A DNA stretch of 64,000 nucleotides from Eledone cirrhosa (lineage: Eukaryota): positions 70,866,001-70,930,000 of the forward strand of contig OZ024743.1 in the NCBI GenBank assembly GCA_964016885.1. The letters are read 5' to 3'. This document shows, in pieces, positions 38,153 through 54,547 of the stretch. The position numbers and the translations under genes are program-made. Within the stretch, counting starts at the first letter, position 1, and every line of letters begins with the position of its first letter. Below the pieces are notes generated by a model that saw only the letters and a program-made list of their open reading frames with translations, made no database searches and was not told the origin of the DNA.

Positions 38153-38748
38153 TCAGTCTCGAGCCTTGTAGTTATGCAATAGATGTTTGGTGACGTGTGG
38201 ACAACGTGTGAAAAATTCACTTCTCGTGTTTAGGCAATCACTATTGCGTAATCTCTTTAGGATAGTTATTCGTTCGCCAATACATAAGCCACACGTCGGA
38301 TTTCCCCTTGCGTATGGCTTGGACTTAGTGATGGCTTTCCATTGAATGGAGTAGCCTATACTTGAGTCCTTGAGGGACCATACATGGCTCGCGAGTTTCG
38401 TGGATGAACGTCTGTCCGGGTATCTGAAGGTAGACTGGTGGCTCAGGAAACACTCCTTTAATCGGCCCTCCGCCATGCCCACATAGGATTTGACCTCCTG
38501 TGGTTCGTTTGGTCGGTTGGAAGTGACCACAGCTTCATAGATTACAGCTGGTGTGTTGCATTGCTGTTGAAGGGGGCAAGCTTTAGGCTTACGGCAAGAG
38601 TACCCTGGTGGGGTGTTGCTCCTAGGGCTGCTGGTGATGTGGGCCTTCATGTTCTTAGCGCAGGATTATCCTAGTTTAACTTTGTGTCTGTTAAAGATGG
38701 AGCAGTATTTATGACCTATGGGGAAGTGTCTATCTAAGAGGGCTAGAA
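38153..38748 (-). pseudogene. Penelope-like RT linker + GIY-YIG endonuclease fragment
   Basis: LLDRHFPIGHKYCSIFNRHKVKLG*SCAKNM..CPLQQQC..VIYEAVV..YVG..STKLASHVW..CGLC..E..LNTRSE..CPH. One in-frame stop near 38667. Confidence 0.85.
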
Positions 38749-38920
38749 TATATATATATATAGATATATACATAATACACACTTAAATCACTAGAAATAG
38801 TCAAATCTCCTTCAATTCTTAGACATATTATTGCTGAAATAACTCACTGAGAGAACCTTTAATCATATGTTTACTCAATATAGGGTGACCTTGGGCTAAA
38901 CAATAACACACACACACACA

Positions 38921-39184
38921 CAGGGTTGGATTAAAACCCTGTGGGCTAGGTTTTTTTTGGGGGGGGCCCTCATACACAATTTTACATATCAAAGTTAACT
39001 TGACGCAAGTAATTGGAATTGAAAAGTTATACATACATAGGTATTAAATTCAAAAATTCTAACCATCCTATGACTACAAAGCCCAGCTGAGGGCACAAAT
39101 AAATTGTTACAACCGTCGCTGGTGAAGCCCCACTCCAGGAGGTCTGGAGCAATTTTCCACTTTGCCCCATTAAATCTGGCCCTG
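38921..39184 (-). mobile_element. hAT-type MITE
   Basis: CAGGGTTGGATTAA / TTAAATCTGGCCCTG termini with 8-bp flanks CACACACA/CATAAACA. Confidence 0.75.
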
Positions 39185-39609
39185 CATAAACATACAGTTG
39201 AGCATGTCTGTAGTTAGCATTTTACATCTGTTTTCCATGCTGGTCTGTGTTTGATTGGTTCTCACAGTTCATCTTTGTTCTTATTTGGAGTTAATACACT
39301 CTTAGATAGGTTGGGTGAGGAGGCCCACGTATGCCACTTGAATGCCCCATGTGTGGCATGGTTTCTGCATCATGATGCCCTTCCTATTTCTAACCGCTTT
39401 ATAATGTATAAAATGGTAAAGGATCCCCTAACTTCCTCATATATGACTGGTACATGATTTATCAACTTTGAAAGTATGAAAAGCAATGTTAACCTTAGTG
39501 GAATTTGAACTCGGAGAGATGAAGGCATAGAATTTTAAAGAAATAGAGAGAAAGTGATGTCCGAACAAATATCCTCCACTTCCAACTAACTTATGCTTCG
39601 CCTCTGGAT

Positions 39610-39860
39610 CCCGACTGAAAGGGTGGAGAATACATTGTCTGAGAGGACACTGAGGGGGAGACACTGGAAGAGCCACTCCACCTCGCGGGGCTCACACCTG
39701 TGGGAGACACACTGGAAGAGCCACTCCACCTCGCGGGGCTCACACCTGTGGGAGACACACTGGAAGAGCCACTCCACCTCGCGGGGCTCACACCTGTGGG
39801 CAGCCAAATCCATTCCAATAGCGTAAAGAGTCAGAACAATAACAGTTTGGTTACCCCTGG
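39610..39860 (-). pseudogene. CRE-like (restriction-like endonuclease) retroelement C-terminal relic with 48-bp triplication
   Basis: Minus strand LAAHRCEPREVEWLFQC occurs three times. Homologous to 40290-40410. Confidence 0.55.
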
Positions 39861-40289
39861 GCGCCAAGTTTTTCTGGTTTGAGAATCACTGAGCAAGAGT
39901 ATGATATGTGGAACAGTGTGATTGGGGTGACAGTGTGGTAGAGGAAGGAGCAATAGAGTTGAGAGAGAGATCAAAGGATGTATAGTAATATAGATTGAGC
40001 AATGGTGAGAGAGAGTAAGAGTCAGAGAGAGAGAGAAACAGTGAAAGGGGGAAAAGGACCAAAAAAGAGAGAAAATGATTGTAATACAGTGTTATCCTTG
40101 ATTGTAGGGTACAGTGAGGGAGTTGAGAGGGTTGGGTAGAGTCAGTGTTCCTGATTGTGGGGTACAGTGAGGGAGGATACAGACAGAAAGTTGAGGGTTG
40201 GGTAGAGTCAATGTCGTCTCCTGATTGTAGGGTACAGTGTATAGAAGGGCAAGTCAATAAAGGGTTCATTAGTGATAGTGAGGTGAGTG

Positions 40290-40410
40290 GTAAACAGATA
40301 TGCACTGAGCTAGCCAACCGCAGGTGTGAGCACTGCGAGTTGGAATGGCTCTTCCAGCGCATCTCCCTTGCCGTCCTCCGGGGAAACACCTTCTCCATTA
40401 TGTCTCCTGG
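40290..40410 (+). pseudogene. CRE-like retroelement C-terminal relic
   Basis: ELANRRCEHCELEWLFQRISLAVLRGNTFSIMS resembles the LFQRLSVAIQRGNA C-terminus I recall for CRE-type RLE elements. Confidence 0.6.
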
Positions 40411-41409
40411 GGCTGTGGGGAGGCCACCTATATGATTGACTGACTTGTCATTTTATCAGTCAACCTGTTCAGGGAAAAACCAGAGTATCAGTATCAAAGA
40501 AGTGGTGAGGGTAAGCTGGTGAAACCATGAAGTACATACTGGGCAAAAGATCCTTCAAATCAGTCTTTACCACCTGATCCTATATATTCCTGGATCTCTT
40601 TATTTCACAGGTTCCACCCATATTGAGTGCTACATACTTTTTTATCCAACTGTTTGTCCATAGTTTATATTAGATACTCAGTGTGGAATTCCTCACTACT
40701 TCCTTTCTACTACAACAGATAACATTTCTAGTTTCCTGGATATGTCAGGGTGTGTGTGTCTATGTTACCATCAGTGTATTTAAGTGGGTGTGTATATATA
40801 TGTGTGTGTGTTAATGTGTATGTATATATATATATATATATCTGTGTGTGTATATATATGTGTATCATATATGTATATATGTTTATTTATTATTTCCTGT
40901 CTTTTTATATTGTTTATTATTATGTGGTCACTGCACACCATTTGTGTGTGTCCGTGTATGTGTGTCTGTGTGTGTTTGCATGTATATCTGTGTCAGTATG
41001 TGTATGTCCGTGTTGTGGCAGTATGTGTATGTCCATGTGTGTTTGTATATGTGTGTGTGTGTATGTCTCTGTGTATGTCTGTGTGCATGTACTTATGCCT
41101 GTGTGTCTGTCAGTGTATCTGTGTGTGTGTGTGTGTGTCAGTATGTGTGTGTGTATGTGCCTGTATGTATGTCTGTGTCTTTATGTGTCTGTGTTTGTTG
41201 TGTGTGTGTGTGTGTGTGTGTATTAGTGTGTATGTGTGTCTGTGTGTGTATCAGTATGTGTGCGTGTGTGTGTGTGTCTGTGTGTGTGTGTGTATGTGTG
41301 CCTAAAGGTTGAGAAGTGGGTGGCTGTGGGGTGGGGTGTTAGAACCTGTTGTTGTAAACTTCATCTCAGTAATTGATGAAATTAATTAGTTAATGGTCAT
41401 TGGTAGAGA

Positions 41410-42180
41410 TGAATGGTAGTGGGGGGAGTAGAGTGGTGGGAGATAGTGGGAGGTAATAGTGGAGTGGCGGGAGATAGTGGGAGGTAATAGTGGAGTGGTG
41501 GGAGATGGTGGGGGGAGTAGAGTGGTGGGAGATAGTGGAGTGGGGGGAGTAGAGTGGGAGGTAATAGTGGAGTGGTGGGAGATAGTGGGAGGTAATAGTG
41601 GAGTGGCAGGAGATAGTGGGAGGTAATAGTAGAGTGGCGGGAGATAGTGAGAGGTAATAGTAGAGTGGTGGGAGATAGTGGGAGGTAATAGTGGAGTGGT
41701 GGGAGATAGTGGGGGGAGTAGAGTGGTGGGAGATAGTGGGAGGTAATAGTGGAGTGGGGGGAGTAGAGTGGGAGGTAATAGTGGAGTGGTGGGAGATAGT
41801 GGGAGGTAATAGTGCAGTGGTGGGAGATAGTGGGGGGTAATAGTGGAGTGGTGGGAGATAGTGGGAGGTAATAGTGGAGTGGCAGGAGATAGTGGGAGGT
41901 AATAGTAGAGTGGCGGGAGATAGTGAGAGGTAATAGTAGAGTGGTGGGAGATAGTGGGAGGTAATAGTGGAGTGGTGGGAGATAGTGGGGGGAGTAGAGT
42001 GGTGGGAGATAGTGGGAGGTAATAGTGGAGTGGGGGGAGTAGAGTGGGAGGTAATAGTGGAGTGGTGGGAGATAGTGGGAGGTAATAGTGCAGTGGTGGG
42101 AGATAGTGGGGGGTAATAGTGGAGTGGTGGGAGATAGTGGGAGGTAATAGTAGAGTGGCAGGAGATAGTGGAGTAGTGAG
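41410..42180. repeat. G-rich minisatellite of about 31 bp with higher-order duplication
   Basis: GTGGTGGGAGATAGTGGGAGGTAATAGTGGA units. Confidence 0.9.
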
Positions 42181-42277
42181 TGATGGGATGGAGTGGAAGG
42201 TGTAGATGAGTGGAGTGGAGTTGAATGGAGTAGTGGCGTGGGGGTGGGGGGGGGGGTATATTTCCCTGGTATAGTAG

Positions 42278-42790
42278 AGGTTTGTCTAAGTGGAGAGTAT
42301 CCCCCCCCCCTGATGGTTTGTCTAAGTAGAGAGTATCTCCCCCACCCTGATGGTTTGTCAAAGTAGAGAGTATCTCCCCCTCCTGATGGTTTGTCTAAGT
42401 GGACAGTCTCTCCCCCACCCTGATGGTTTGTCTAAGTGGAGAGTACGCCCCCCCCTGATGGTTTGTCTAAGTGGAGAGTATCCCTCTCATGGTTTGTCTA
42501 AGTGGAGAGTATCCCTCTCATGGTTTGTCTAAGTGGAGAGTATCCCCCCTCATGGTTTGTCTAAGTGGAGAGTATCTCCCCCACCCTGATGGTTTGTCTA
42601 AGTGGAGAGTATCCCCCCCCTGATGGTTTGTCTAAGTGGAGAGTATCCCCCCCCTGATGGTTTGTCTAAGTGGAGAGTATCTCCCCCCCTGATGGTTTGT
42701 CTAAGTGGAGAGTATCTCCCCCCCTGATGGTTTGTCTAAGTGGAGAGTATCTCCCCCCCCTGATGGTTTGTCTAAGTAGAGACTATCTCC
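42278..42790. repeat. Minisatellite of about 36 bp
   Basis: CTGATGGTTTGTCTAAGTGGAGAGTATCTCCCCCC, about 14 copies with variable C tracts. Confidence 0.9.
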
Positions 42791-43131
42791 AAATTGGTGT
42801 TGACTTGTTCTGTGATGATGTTTCCATCATTTACTTTCTCTTTCATCAAACTCCTGGCTTTCATTTCTTTCTCTCATCTTTAGCCAAGTCTTTCCTGGTC
42901 TCCCCTTCCTCTAATACCTTCCACATTTATTTCCATCACTCATCCACATCTCACCCAGTCACTTTCATCCTTCTTCAACACATGACCCAACCATCTCACC
43001 ATTTCTCTTCACAACATCCACCACTGGCTCCATTCCTCTCATCTAATCACTTTCATCCTTCAACACATGACCCAACCATCTCATTCCATTTTTCTTCACT
43101 GACTCTATTCTTATCATCTCCTGCAATTCAT

Positions 43132-43216
<85 letters not shown>

Positions 43217-45719
43217 GAATGAAAGAGATGATGACAGAATAACAGGAGGAATGAAAATGTTATTTTGAAAATAAAATGTTCTAATTTCCATTTTGAAGAA
43301 ATTATAAAACTCAAAACAAGCAAATGATAATTTATTCAAATATTTGAAATGTGTTCTTTTGGTTGTTTGTTGTTGTTGAGGGGGGGGGGGGGCACACGTG
43401 GGACCATTCTAAAACCCTTGAAGCATAGTTTACAATCAAGGCCCCCACCTCCACACACATACACACACTATATACACACATATGTACACACATACATACA
43501 CACATATATACACACATACATACACTACCTGCCAAAATAAAACAGACATTATAGGAATGTAGAAATAATGATAATGTTGTTGATATTGATAATGGTGGTG
43601 GGGAGAGGTGTGTGATGGTGGTTGTATGGTGGTGGTGATGGTGTGTGATGGTGATGGTGTCAGTGGTGGTCGTCATGATGGTGGTGATGGATGTGTGGTA
43701 GTGGTATTGGTGGCAGTTGTGGTGGTGGTGTTGGTGGTGATAGTGGCTGTGGTGGTGGTGGTGGTGGTGATAGTGGCTGTGGTGGTGATATATAATCTGT
43801 GTCCTTCCCTATTTTTGAAAGTGATTGGAGAAAAACATGGCTGCTATTTCTAGCAGATCAAACAACCACATAGAGACACTCATTGGATCTGATATTAGTG
43901 ATTCTGGTGATGTTTAGCCCTAGGTAAGCATGACGTGGTAGAACTATAGGCAGATGTAACCATGCCATAGTGTACCTAGGACTAACATATTTGATGTGAC
44001 TGTTTAGCCCTAGGTAAGCATGATCTGGTAGAACTATAGGCAGAGATGTAACAATGTCATAGTGTACCTAGGACTACCTTATTTAATGTGTATGTCCTCT
44101 TTTTCAGATTATAGCATATGATTTGAGGTTAGGTTGGTTATTATTTCTAACAGGTTAGGGCAGTGGCTTGGCTGAATAGGTAGAGCGTCAGACACATTGC
44201 ATTGCAGCATAGAGTTTCGTCCCTTTGCGTTCTGGGTTCAAATCCCACCTAGGTTAGCTTTGCCTTTCATCCTTATGTAGTTGATAAAATAAAGTACCAG
44301 TAACATACTGGGGGCGATTTAATTGACTTTCTCCTCCCTCCAAAATTGTTTCTAACAGGTTGATTGAACCATATTGGTTCAATTGATGACAAAGGTATTG
44401 GTAATGATGATGATGTTTGTGATGGTGATAGTGATGGTGGTGATGGTGAGGATGATGAAGGTGATGATGATGCTGGAGGTAATTATGATGATGGTGATGG
44501 TAGTATTGATGGTAATGGTGGTGATAAGTGTTGATGGTGGTGATGATGATGATAGTAGTAGTAGTGATAATGGTGATGATAATGGTGATGATGGTGGTGG
44601 TGGTGGTGGTGATGATAATGATAATGATGGCGGTGCTGATGATAGTGTTGATGGTGATGGTGTTGATAATGATGATAATGATGGTGTTGATGATAATGAT
44701 GATCGTGGTGGTTATGATGGTGTTGATGATAATGACAGTGATGATAATGAAGGGATGATGCTGGTGATGATAGTGATGATAGTGATGGTGATGATGTTGA
44801 TGATATTGATGAAGGTGGTGATGATAATGATGCTGATGATGATAATGATGATAGTGATGATAGTGATGCTGGACAATTGCAATGTCGGTGATAACGATGC
44901 TTGATTGCTTGATTCATTCAATTAATTTTATCTTAAGGTTTTGATATTGTTTTAGTTTTAATCCAACTTCCTAATGTCTGATACTTCCCTCTACAGAGGC
45001 AAGAACAGGGCACTAGAAACTACACTAAAGACACAGTTATCATCATCATCATCATTAACATAATCATCATCATTATCATCATCATCATTAACACCATCAT
45101 CATCATCATCATCACCATCATCATTACCATTAATATCACTGATCATTGGGGAAATTAAAATTATGGGTATAGTCATGCTATCATATCGTAAATACACAAT
45201 TCAACATGATGGATATGATATGGGTGGTGGTGGTGGTAGGGTGGTGGGGTAGTGGTAGGGTGGTGGGGGTAGTGTGATGGTGGTGGCGGTGGTGTGTGTG
45301 TGTGGGGGGGTTAGTAGTGTGGTGGTGGTGGTAGTAGTGTGATGGTGGTGACAGTGCTGGTGGTAATGGTGGTGGTGGTGTTGATGGTGGTGGTGGTGGT
45401 GACAGTGCTGGTGGTGGTGGTGTTGCTGGTAGTTGTAGTGATGGGGAGAACAATAATGTCCACACAGATTTTACAGATTTGTGATATAAAGAGAGAGGAG
45501 AGGGGTTAATAAAAAGACTGAATGCCCCAGGAGGAATAAAAAACAAACAGTATTTCCACAGAAGAAATTGATCAAGCTTGGATTGGACAAATGTCCTTCT
45601 TGCACTGTTAATCTGGAATCTGACTTCAGATCAGTAAATAAAATGTTCTGGCAGACCATACACTGACTTCACAATAAGACATTCTCCTCCACACTTGTTA
45701 CCAGTGGTGTCATGCCGTA

Positions 45720-46098
45720 CAGGACATTAAAAACAGCACAGCTCCCATGACTTTCGGAAACATTTTTTCACGCTCAGAGTTGCTGAAGCATGGAACAAAC
45801 TACCTGCATCAGTTGTTAGCTGCCGAGACACTGCATCCTTTTAAACCTCCATGGAACAAACTACATGCATCAGTTGTTAGCTGTTGAGACACTGCATCCT
45901 TTAAAACCTCCATGCTTTCTGAAATTCGCCAATACTACACCTAATATTCCCCCTCCATACACATACACACATGTATATCATGTCTCATACACTATTCACT
46001 TCCCTGACATTTGTATATTATTCTATGTACTATACATGCACCTTTGATGAGTTGTAGTGCACCTGAGCACTGTACACAATAATTTCATTATTATTATT
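45720..46098 (+). mobile_element. CR1-type LINE 3' end
   Basis: KQHSSHDFRKHFFTLRVAEAWNKLPASVVSCRDTASF is a CR1 ORF2 C-terminal motif. There is a tandem duplication of about 60 bp and an (ATT)n tail. Confidence 0.75.
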
Positions 46099-46310
46099 AG
46101 GTGGATTGGCAGTATCGGTAGAGGGTCGGACGCCATGCTTTGCAGCATAGAGTCACGGCCCTTTATGGTCTGAGTTCAAATCATGCCGAGGTTAACTTTG
46201 CCTTTCATCCTTACGGGGTTGATAAAATAAAGTACTAGTCACGCACTGGGGTCGATTTAATCGACTTTCCCCAAATTACTGGTCTTGTGCCTATATAAGA
46301 AACCATTATT
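46099..46310 (+). mobile_element. SINE-B inserted at the CR1 (ATT)n tail
   Basis: Full A box, B box, central domain and tail. Confidence 0.85.
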
Positions 46311-47679
46311 AATTAATCTCAATTTGAAGTTCAAATAAAACGTTTTATCAATATTTAGCTGCTAACGTCCTGTACCACATGGAACCACATTAACACTTAA
46401 TGCTCTGTATTATATGAAACCACATTATTAAGACATTCTTAAAAAATACAAAACAACATTATGGACTACACCACTTTATAAATTGAAGCCATTTACTCTA
46501 ATACAAATTTCCACAATCATCTGTCCACTAATAAAGATACTGCACATATTTGAAAAAATCCATTCTTTAGATATTTTCTACAGAATCGTAGTAAGATGTT
46601 TAGAGTTAAAAAACTAAAAAAAAAAATTCTTGTTTTCAGTCTTCTATTGAATTTTGATTCAAAATTGTATTTCAACTTCACATATTTTCACCAGAAATTT
46701 ATTTTATTAATTTTAAATTTCCATCTAAAAAAAAAAAAAAAAAAAAATCTTTAAAAACCAGACTGCAATCACCCATCATCATCATCACCACCACCTCCAT
46801 CATCATCATCATCATGACAATCACCAACACTCCCTCCATCATCATCACCACCACCACCATCATCACCACCACCACCATCACCACCACCATCGTCACCACC
46901 ATCATTACCACCATCACCACCACCACCACCATCATGATCACCACCACCAACACCATCACCACCACCATCAACACCACCACCACCACCATCATCATCAACA
47001 CCACCACCACCACCACCACCACCATCATCATTTGCTTTCCATGCTGACATGGGTTGGAATATTAGCAATATTTTCACAAAGTTTATATTAAAGATTTAAT
47101 TTTATATTAGATACTAAATGTTATTTATGAATAAATTGTTTTAAGGTTTTTTTTACTAATCTTTCTTTAGAGATATGAATTATTCAGTTGACCATTTATG
47201 GAATATTTTTCATGTCCCCCCCCCCCCCCCCCCATATATAGAAACACAAAAACAAGAAGTGAATAAAATATGTGGTTTGTTAATAAAAAAAATGGTACCT
47301 TTCATTATTCATAAAGTTTTCAAACTGTGGTATCTATTTACGGCCTCCTGGACTGAGGCATTCATTTCAGAATTATGTTGAAACAATGGCATATATCATC
47401 ATCATCATCATCATCACCATCACCATCACCATCATCATCATCATCATCATTAGCAGCAGCAGCACCACCACCACCTCGATCATCATCACCATCATCATCA
47501 TCATTATCATCACCATCATCAATGCCACCATCATCACCACCATCACCACCACCACCACAAAAAACTACGACCATCATCATCATCATCATGTATATTCTAT
47601 CTATGTTGGCACGGGTTCGACAAGTCATCACAGTTTGAGACAGGACTAGTCCGGGAATCATGTCTTATTTAGGTATAGT

Positions 47680-48168
47680 TTCTATAGCTTGATCACCTTC
47701 CTAACAGCAACCACTTTACAGAGAGTACTGGGTGTATTTTATCATAGTACAAGTACTACCACTTCACAGTGTACTGGGTGTATTTTATCATGGTACAAGT
47801 ACTACCACTTTACAGAGTGTACTGGGTGTATTTTATCATGGTAGAAGTACTACCACTTTACAGAGTGTACTGGGTGTATTTTATCATGGTACAAGTACTA
47901 CCATTTTACAGAGTGTACTGGGTGTATTTTATCATGGTACAAGTACTACCATTTTACAGTGTACTGGGTGTATTTTATCATGGTACAAGTACTACCACTT
48001 TACAGAGCGTACTGGGTGTATTTTATCATGGTACAAGTACTACCACTTTAGAGTGTACTGGGTGTATTTTATCATGGTACAAGTACTACCACTTTATAGT
48101 GTACTGGATGTATTTTATCATGCTAGAAGTACTACCATTTTACAGAGTGTACTGGGTGTATTTTATCA
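47680..48168 (-). repeat. 48-bp tandem array anchored to the RTE 3' motif
   Basis: Unit GTGTACTGGGTGTATTTTATCATGGTACAAGTACTACCACTTTACAGA, about 9-10 copies, adjoining CCTTCCTAACAGCAACC. Confidence 0.9.
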
Positions 48169-48489
48169 GGGTCAAACAACAAAGAAGTTTTCATTTAATT
48201 GGCAAGACTGGAGAGTGTACTCTACCCTATATCATCTCACACATATGTATATGTATATATATATGTGTGTATGTGTGTAGTATGATATTTGTGTGCGTGC
48301 GAAGGTGTGCATGCATGTGGGGTGTGATGCGAGTGTGTGTGTTAAGGAAAAGATAGACACCTCTTGGCAAGTTTCTGAAAATTAAGGAAGCATATCTTTA
48401 GTTCTAAATACATCAATAATTAACACAAACACCATACACGACCAACCACTATATATATTATATATATTTATATATATATATAGGGTTTG

Positions 48490-51940
<3,451 letters not shown>

Positions 51941-52089
51941 GTCTCTATAGACGCATGTAATTGCTGGTTTGTAAGTTTTGCTGTTGGCCAACTTGTGGCT
52001 GGTGTTTAGCAGAAATATTGCTTCTAACAACCCAAACAATGGCTGGAGAATGTCATTAACAATTGATAAATGAACTGGAACACCCACAT

Positions 52090-52136
<47 letters not shown>

Positions 52137-52216
52137 GTGTATCTACATTTACATATATACATACAGCAATTAAACAATTCACAATAGCACCAACAACACT
52201 AGTATAAGTGGGTGGG

Positions 52217-52253
<37 letters not shown>

Positions 52254-52681
52254 CATAAACAGTATATCAATTCTTATCTCATAATTTTATAGAGTATATA
52301 ATTTTAAACAACAAATATATTCTAAGTTCTACAGTTTATAACAATATCTTCTTTGCCCAGTTATTCCTGGGAGGGTTGTGAGAGCAGAGTTCTCACATGA
52401 CCCACTGGAAGGAGTGTTTTGGCCAGTATTTGGAAAGATTGACTAAAATCATTAGGTATTTCATTAATTAAGATAGTAATATGTTTTTTATATAAAACTA
52501 TGCTGGAAGATTTTAGTTTAAACTGAGTGGTTTTGTTTTGTAAAACAAGAACCGGTTTGGGCCAGAATTTGGTTTGGTTTATGAAAATCATTAGTTATTT
52601 AGTAACATATGATATGGTTCTTATATGAAATTATCATCATTATCATTTAATATCTAAATTATGTGGAGGATTTTAATTTAA

Positions 52682-52901
52682 CCCTTTAGCATTGACATTA
52701 CTCTATATCTACTATTGTATATACTATTGCATTTTCGTGGCAAAGGCTTTATCTCACCTAATATCGAATCTATGAGATTTTGATATTAGTTATTTTGAGA
52801 ACAATACCTTAACATCAGTATGAGCAGCCGGTTATAGCCAGTTTGAACAGAAAGAGGCGAGAGAATTCTGGCTCGATACAGCCGGTTTGAATGCTAAAGT
52901 G
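52682..52901. mobile_element. piggyBac-type MITE
   Basis: TTAA|CCCTTTAGCATT ... AATGCTAAAG. Same family as 15005-15224. Confidence 0.75.
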
Positions 52902-53156
52902 AGTGTATTTGTTTCCATAAAACCAGAGCTGGGTTTGGTTTGGCCTGACTGGTGTCAAAAGAATAAAAACTACTTTATTATCTTTTGTTTCTTTCTGGGT
53001 CAAATCCTGCAGAAGTTAACTTGGCCTTTCATCCATATGGGGTCAATGAAATAAAGTACCAGTAATACACTGAGATCAATTTAATCAATTTCCACACCCC
53101 CACCCTAAATTGTTGGCCTTGTGCCTAAATCAGAAACCATTATTTTTTTGTTTCTT

Positions 53157-53344
53157 CTAGGGCGGTGGATTGGCAGTATCGGTAGAGGGTCGGACGCCAT
53201 GCTTTCCAGCATAGTTACATCCCTTTACGATCTCAGTTCAAATCCCGCCGAGGTTGACTTTGCCTTTCATCCTTACGGGGTCGATAAAATAAAGTACCAG
53301 TAATGCACTGGATAATTGCTGGCCTTGTGCCTAAAGTAGAAACA
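53157..53344 (+). mobile_element. Young SINE-B with 18-bp TSD
   Basis: ATTATTTTTTTGTTTCTT at 53139-53156 and 53345-53362. Inserted in the tail of an older SINE-B (53000-53140). Confidence 0.9.
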
Positions 53345-53701
53345 ATTATTTTTTTGTTTCTTTTCCTATTTCATATGGGTTTATAGAAGACTTTACCAAC
53401 TGTTGATTTCAAATTTAAAAATGGGTAAAAATATTGTCTGTGAGTGGGGTTAGGGTGGTGGTTGGTGGGAGACATTGACAACTTTCTAAAGGGAGCAAAA
53501 CAAATAACAAAACTGGTACAGAAAGACAGGAATGGAACCAAAGTCAGGAATGAGACCAAAGACAGTGGCAGAAAGTAGAACTTTACAAGAATTTCAATTA
53601 TTTGGCATTTTAACTGATTAATGGACTGTTTAACATTTCATTGCATCTGTTGACTGCTGTGTGTGATGTATATATTGGCATGTATGTAGATATTGTATAC
53701 A

Positions 53702-53755
<54 letters not shown>

Positions 53756-53817
53756 AATCTTAGACGGGAACAATATATATATATACACACATATGCATAG
53801 ACTTGTTCACACACATA

Positions 53818-53868
<51 letters not shown>

Positions 53869-54030
53869 ATGAATCTATGAACATATGTATGTGTTTGTGT
53901 GTATGAATCTATGAACATATGTATGTGTTTGTGTGTATATGTACGAATGTATGAACATATGTAAGTGTTGGTGTGTATATGTATGCATGAACATATGTAA
54001 GTGTATGTGTGTATATATATATGTACACAC

Positions 54031-54082
<52 letters not shown>

Positions 54083-54547
54083 TGCATATGTTTATGCTGC
54101 TTGTGTGTTAGAAGGTTATCACATTCTTAGACAGGTCAAGTGAACACATCCTATTCTTACATATCCTTTTTAGCTTAGTTCTTACAGCTGATACCCTTCT
54201 TAATACCATAGACTGTTTGACAAAGAAAGGGTTAGGATGACACTTCAGCTGTACCAAAGGTATGACCACCTCCCTAGTGGTGTTGTCATGATAACATGCA
54301 TTGAGCAGAGTGCAAGAACATAGTTATGACAGTTGCAGACCCCTGGCCCATTTGAAAGCTCTGCTTAAATACTGACTCTGTCTGTGAAGATGAGTGCAAA
54401 CCTTGTTATCAAAGATAATAGATGTTAAATGATCCCGCCGAGGTTAACTTTGCCTTTCATCCTTACGGGGTCGATAAAATAAAGTACCAGTAATACACTG
54501 GGATAATTGCTGGCCTTGTGCCTATATAAGAAACCATTATATATATA

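Larger units (their letters stand above)
37840..38748 (-). mobile_element. 5'-truncated Penelope-like element
   Basis: GIY-YIG fragment followed by a 3' region carrying a hammerhead. The 5' end abuts (AT)n. Confidence 0.85.

Noticed and set aside
42278-42790. Tandem CTGATGG units as a retrozyme array
   Set aside because: The core reads CTGATGG rather than CTGANGA, and GAAA is absent.
44374-47661. Poly-Asp/Gly/His/Thr ORFs
   Set aside because: (GAT)n/(GGT)n trinucleotide repeats with no splice or homology support.
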